From the human T2T-CHM13v2.0 reference genome, Homo sapiens, in assembly GCF_009914755.1 (NCBI RefSeq), contig NC_060934.1: 64,000 nt of DNA; one strand, 5' to 3'. The notes beneath the pieces are model-generated. The model saw nothing but the letters and a program-made list of their open reading frames with translations. It did not search any database and was not told the DNA's origin. Shown in pieces: positions 58,660 to 64,000 of the stretch (the first letter of the stretch is position 1; each line of letters begins with the position of its first letter). The position numbers and the translations under genes are program-made.

Positions 58660-61600
58660 TCACAATGGTCCACATTTCTTCTACTACTTTAAAAGTTGTA
58701 ATAAATTTTTCAAAATAGACTAAATTGTGGAAGGTTTAAATGGTTTACATATCAACAGTTATTAATCTAAGAAGAAACAGCAATCTTCTCAAAGACAGAT
58801 GAAAGTTAATATGTAAATATGACTGCTAAAAGTTTTTAAATCAATGTAAATCTTTGAATAGGAAATTCACTACATGAAGAAAGAAAAAAACTTCTGTTAA
58901 GACCCACAGTACCTCAAAACTCAAGTATTATTGTGCAATAATGACATCCAAATTTTAAGGGTAGGAGGTATGAGCAAGGGAAACAAAAATGTCCAGGGAG
59001 ATGGAAAAGAACAGTGAAATGAGAGGTATCTCTAGATAGAGGTAATGGAACCTCCCAAAATCATAATTATTCAAAGCAGTTTACTAAGAGGATAAACCAT
59101 AAACCAAATTATCTTTGCCTAGTTCACTTCTAATTCACCTAAATCTTACCATGTATATTTCCTTCACCACCCCCCACTCCCAAACAAGGCAAATTACTCA
59201 GTGAAGACTCCATCTCAGATCATGGCTACCAAATCTGGGGATCATATTATGCTTAAAGGTACTAAATTAATGATGCATTTATAAATTACTCTGATGATTC
59301 ACAGAATTTAAATTCTCATTTCTTTGGCAGCTTTCTTGACAGACAGTCTTACATGCTCAATACAAAGCAGAAAAGTGTTTATATGTCACTAGAATCAAGA
59401 CGCAAGAAGCCAACACGTGCCCAGGAAAAACTGGGGAGATAATGATACATTTGTAATGAATCACAACATTTTTACAATAATGATTTCTACCTAAGCTTTT
59501 TTAAAAAGTTACTTCTTAAGATATTAGTTTCCATTTCAGTTAAAATATTGTTAAGGCAAATGCTTGCTCATTATGGGAAGAATAAAGAGATCTGTAAAGG
59601 TGAAAAATCTAGAAAAGAGCACATTAATCTGATACATCACTCAGTATAAAACTGTAATGAAAAGTATAAAATATAAGTGAACAAAAAAGGGTGAATAAAA
59701 ATGTAGATTAAAGAAACATTAAAGGAGAAATAAAGAAAACACTCCATAGTTATTCCTGTAGCAAAACCTACCATAGTTATTCTCAACATCAAACAAAGCA
59801 TTCATTTACTTTAGTCTGAAGTCACTTTAGGGTGCTTGGACTATTAATATTTCTGATGTCTTCCATGCTGAACACCTGAATGGCATACTGTCTATATGAA
59901 ATGTTTGTTATTGCTCTGGGGAGATTTTTCCATATGTCTCTGCTTTCATGAAACTCTAATGACTTGCAATAACATTTATTAAGAAAGAATTCTTAATTAC
60001 TCTCCTTTTGCAATACTAACTTTTTTGAACTATGAATGCTGACTGTTGTAGGAACCTCAATACTATTAAAATATCAGCAACAACCCCTAAATCTGTAAGC
60101 TAAAAGTTCAGGCAATGACCTTTCAAGGAAAGATAAGTAGATATCAATTTTCATTTAACAAAGCCAACAAAACATTCTGCACTGACTGAAACAGATTACT
60201 GACCTTCTCCTCTGACTTTATTAAAAAGCTAATTTCTACAAAAGAGCTGGGTATTTGAGAATACCAAAATGGCAATAAATATTAAGAAATCATAATTATG
60301 GAAGCAAGTACACTGAGGCTATTCTGTTGTCATGTTATATAACATAGCTCCAAAATTAGGCCAAAGAATAATTATACTGACATCTTTTTTTGTACTAAGA
60401 GTTGATTCCAGTTTTTGAAGAACTGCTGCCACTCAAAGCACATTAGCTCACTTTGAACTGAATCTGAAGTTTAACACTGACACACCCTATGTTTTTAATG
60501 TACTTCACTAATAAATGTAATAACTTGTAAGAAAAAAATCTGCTAGCTACAAGGAAAGCCTGTTCAATTCTCCTACATTCATTATTATTAAAATATATGC
60601 ATTTAGTCCTAATCAAAGATAATCAGCATTCTTCCCCACATTTATAGTAAACATAATTTTTATATAAAATATTTGTAAGTATTGGCAGCATGCACAAGCA
60701 GCATGTGCTTTTTGTCATACATTCTCACAGTTGGTAAATTAAAATCAAGATAGATCTATGGGACTCTATATCATTAAGATTACTCAAGGTCTGAAAAACA
60801 CTTAAAACCATTGTTTCTCCTTTCAGTGATTAAGCATAGTCTTTCTAAATTAGCTTGTGTAAATGCAATCATATTTTTCATTAAATGCTATTAAAATAAT
60901 ATCTGTATTCAAAACAATGGTACCAGTTTTGTAAGTAAAATGTATCAATTTGATTTATTTATCACTTCAGACTTACTATAACATAAAAATTAGATATACT
61001 CATTATTTTCCTTTTTTTGGAGAATCTGTATTCTGTTTAATACTTTACCTTTATCTTCTCACTTCAGATTTCCTTTGTATTTCTCATTCTTTCATTAGCA
61101 AAACAATGGTACTTTTAATGGCAAATCACCTCATTTAAAAAGTTCATGTTATATCATGATTTGTCAAATATCCTAATTTTTGAAAAACCATAATTAACTA
61201 AATGAATATTGCTGTATCAGTGTAAAAAGGAAAAGATATTTATGAACCAGTATCTTTATGACAATGGTGAAGCAAAATACTGTACCTTTGTTTAGAGATA
61301 TCAAGCAGAATTTTATTTTTTATACGATTCTATTTGTAGTTCTTGATATGTTTTTGGTTAAAAACAAGGGCCTGTCATTTAAGTAGAGCAAAAGGAGGAA
61401 AGAGGATGTGATATTTCTCTCATTTAGGAATTGACAGAGCTAAAGGGGTTTCTGTTGATATGACTCTGTGTTTGCAACGAGGCAAGCTGTCAACTCCTGA
61501 TCATGTCAACCAAGTATTTAGAGCTTAAAAACCAGTAACCAGAAATAAGAAACTTGAGGTTCACATAAAGTTCACTGAAAGAATATGAGTTAGAAAGGAA

Positions 61601-62098
61601 ACAGCAGTCTCAGAGTTTACAACCTTGTAAATGCTACCCCAAATGTAAAGAAGAATGGTCTGAATATCCGGATATGGAAAACATACTAGTAAGAATCTGT
61701 GGCCAACAGCCACATGACCTGAGGAAATAATGAACCTCTCTTGGAATCATTTCCATCCAACTATAAGAGTTGATGGTTGAGCCTATAAAAAAAAATATTC
61801 TTTATAATAATACCATTTTGAAAGACATGATTTAAAAATATATCAAAATGCTCAGCTAAAATGGATCAGGAACAGTAAAAGTGTATCTTGGTGCCTGGAC
61901 GAAACATTGGGTGAAAATCATAAAGTCAAGTCCAATAGTTTGCACTCAACTTTGAAGGAGGCAAACTGCAAGAACATGCTCTCTATACAGAGATCCACTG
62001 TATACAGGAAGGGTACTAAAATACATAATGGATGGAAGATGTATGAAGAATCGGCAATCGACATCATGACTTCCACATCACCATAAGAAAGAGAAGCA

Positions 62099-62362
62099 GG
62101 CCTGGACATGGTGGCTCACTTCCATAATCCCAGCACTTTGGGAAGCCGAGGTAGAAGGACTACTTGAGGCCAGGAGTTCCAGATCAACCTGGGCAACATG
62201 GCAAGACTCCAACACAACAAAAAATTTGTAAATGAGATGGGCATGGCGGCATGTGCCTCTAGTCACAGCACTTGGAAGGCTGACATGGGGTGTTGCGGGC
62301 TACGGTGAGCTATGACTGCACCACTGCACTGTAGCCTGGGCAACAAAGAAAGGCCCTGTCTC

Positions 62363-62393
<31 letters not shown>

Positions 62394-62430
62394 AAGAAAA
62401 AGAAAAGAGAGGAAAAGAAAAGAAAAAAAA
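62099..62430 (+). mobile_element. AluJ with long A/AG tail
   Basis: AluJ diagnostics; TSD-like aagaaag(a/g)gaag(c/t)a. Confidence 0.92.
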
Positions 62431-62948
62431 GAAAGGGAAGTAATGCAATAATACAAGAAAACAAAAGACAAGAGTCAATGGCCTGGCTTCTCAGCAACCT
62501 ACTATAAACTCCTGGCAGCCTCAAACAAATTGGTCCCTCCCCACATCAAATACTGAGATTGACGTGCACTACCTCTAAAGTCCTCCTTGAGGGCTGGACT
62601 TATACAGCAAATGGGGCAGTCAAAATGGTCAAATCCTTACTATTGTTCTGCATTTGATATTAATGTCCTGAAGCCATTTTCTTTCACAATCAAAAATTTT
62701 ACTACAGTAACTGCTATCTTCTTCTCATAGACATAGTCTTATTCTCTGCACTTTTACATTTTAATTTCTACAGAGCAAAATAAACCTGAGACATATAAGA
62801 AATACAATTTGAAATATGTTAAAAGGTAAGTAACTTTAAAAAATCTATCAGTTCTTTCACAAAATAATTAGATAAGACTCAGGGTGCTTTGGGTTAGTAG
62901 GTTGACTTTTAAAATAAATTCCATTTCTACCCTTGTGTGTTGCTGCTA

Positions 62949-63404
<456 letters not shown>

Positions 63405-63840
63405 TTAAGACTGGCAGACTAGAAGATATTATGAGCTTAATTAAGTTTACTAATTAAGCAATAAGAACTGACAGGCTGTTGAAATTGAAAAGCAAAATTC
63501 TAATAACCCATTTATCAATCAAGTTTGCAGCTCTGATCTATCAATAGCTGTTTCTTCAAATATAAATTTCTCATTCTCTCAATAAAAATAGAAAAATTAT
63601 CTACAACTACAGATAAAATTCTGTCCTCTCAACTGTAAATCATTAAACATGTTTTAAGTATAACAAGTATTATAATTTCAATAATAGAAACCAAATGGAA
63701 CATTCTCTCTACAACATTGTCTAATACAACTTGTAGACATTACAAAATACTTCAATTTAAGTTTTCAAAGAAAGACAGAGCTTTATAATTATATTTAGAA
63801 TATTGGATTGGGTTAGATGTGTATTTAAAATTTTTAAAAT

Positions 63841-63862
63841 ACACACACACACACACACACAC
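63841..63862. repeat. (AC)n microsatellite
   Basis: Direct reading. Confidence 0.97.
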
Positions 63863-64000
63863 TTAGAAGACTATAGAAAGTAACTATTAATTATTTATTA
63901 AGTTGGTATATGTAAAAATCTCAAGAACAGCAATCCAGGCTCAATAATTCAAAATGTTGACAGCTGTGGGTCACAGTGCACCCATACAACCAGCCTGGGA

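Overview
Hominid genomic DNA (Alu-rich, with an SVA; most likely human). The whole window lies inside PARD3 (Par-3 polarity scaffold), transcribed on the minus strand. I reconstructed 11 internal coding exons (exons 9-19 by the usual numbering, recalled rather than looked up). All have GT-AG boundaries and matching phases. They encode the end of PDZ1, PDZ2, PDZ3, the aPKC-binding region (FGRQS) and the PAR-1/14-3-3 site region. Introns carry about 22 Alu/FLAM/FRAM copies, one full-length older SVA with a probable 5' transduction, and MER30, MER47A, MER58, Charlie-like, MLT1, L1M, L2 and MIR relics plus microsatellites. There is no prokaryotic-type system. The interesting signal is splicing architecture: an alternative last exon giving ...GESGT*; tandem donor/acceptor combinations around exons 17-18; a (GT)21-linked cryptic acceptor before exon 11; QKI/RBFOX/ESRP motif clusters at the small cassette exons; two candidate poison exons; and a phase-0 PDZ3 exon pair bracketed by inverted Alus, which would form a stop-free circRNA. 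Repeat subfamily calls come from recalled consensus features and their coordinates are approximate.
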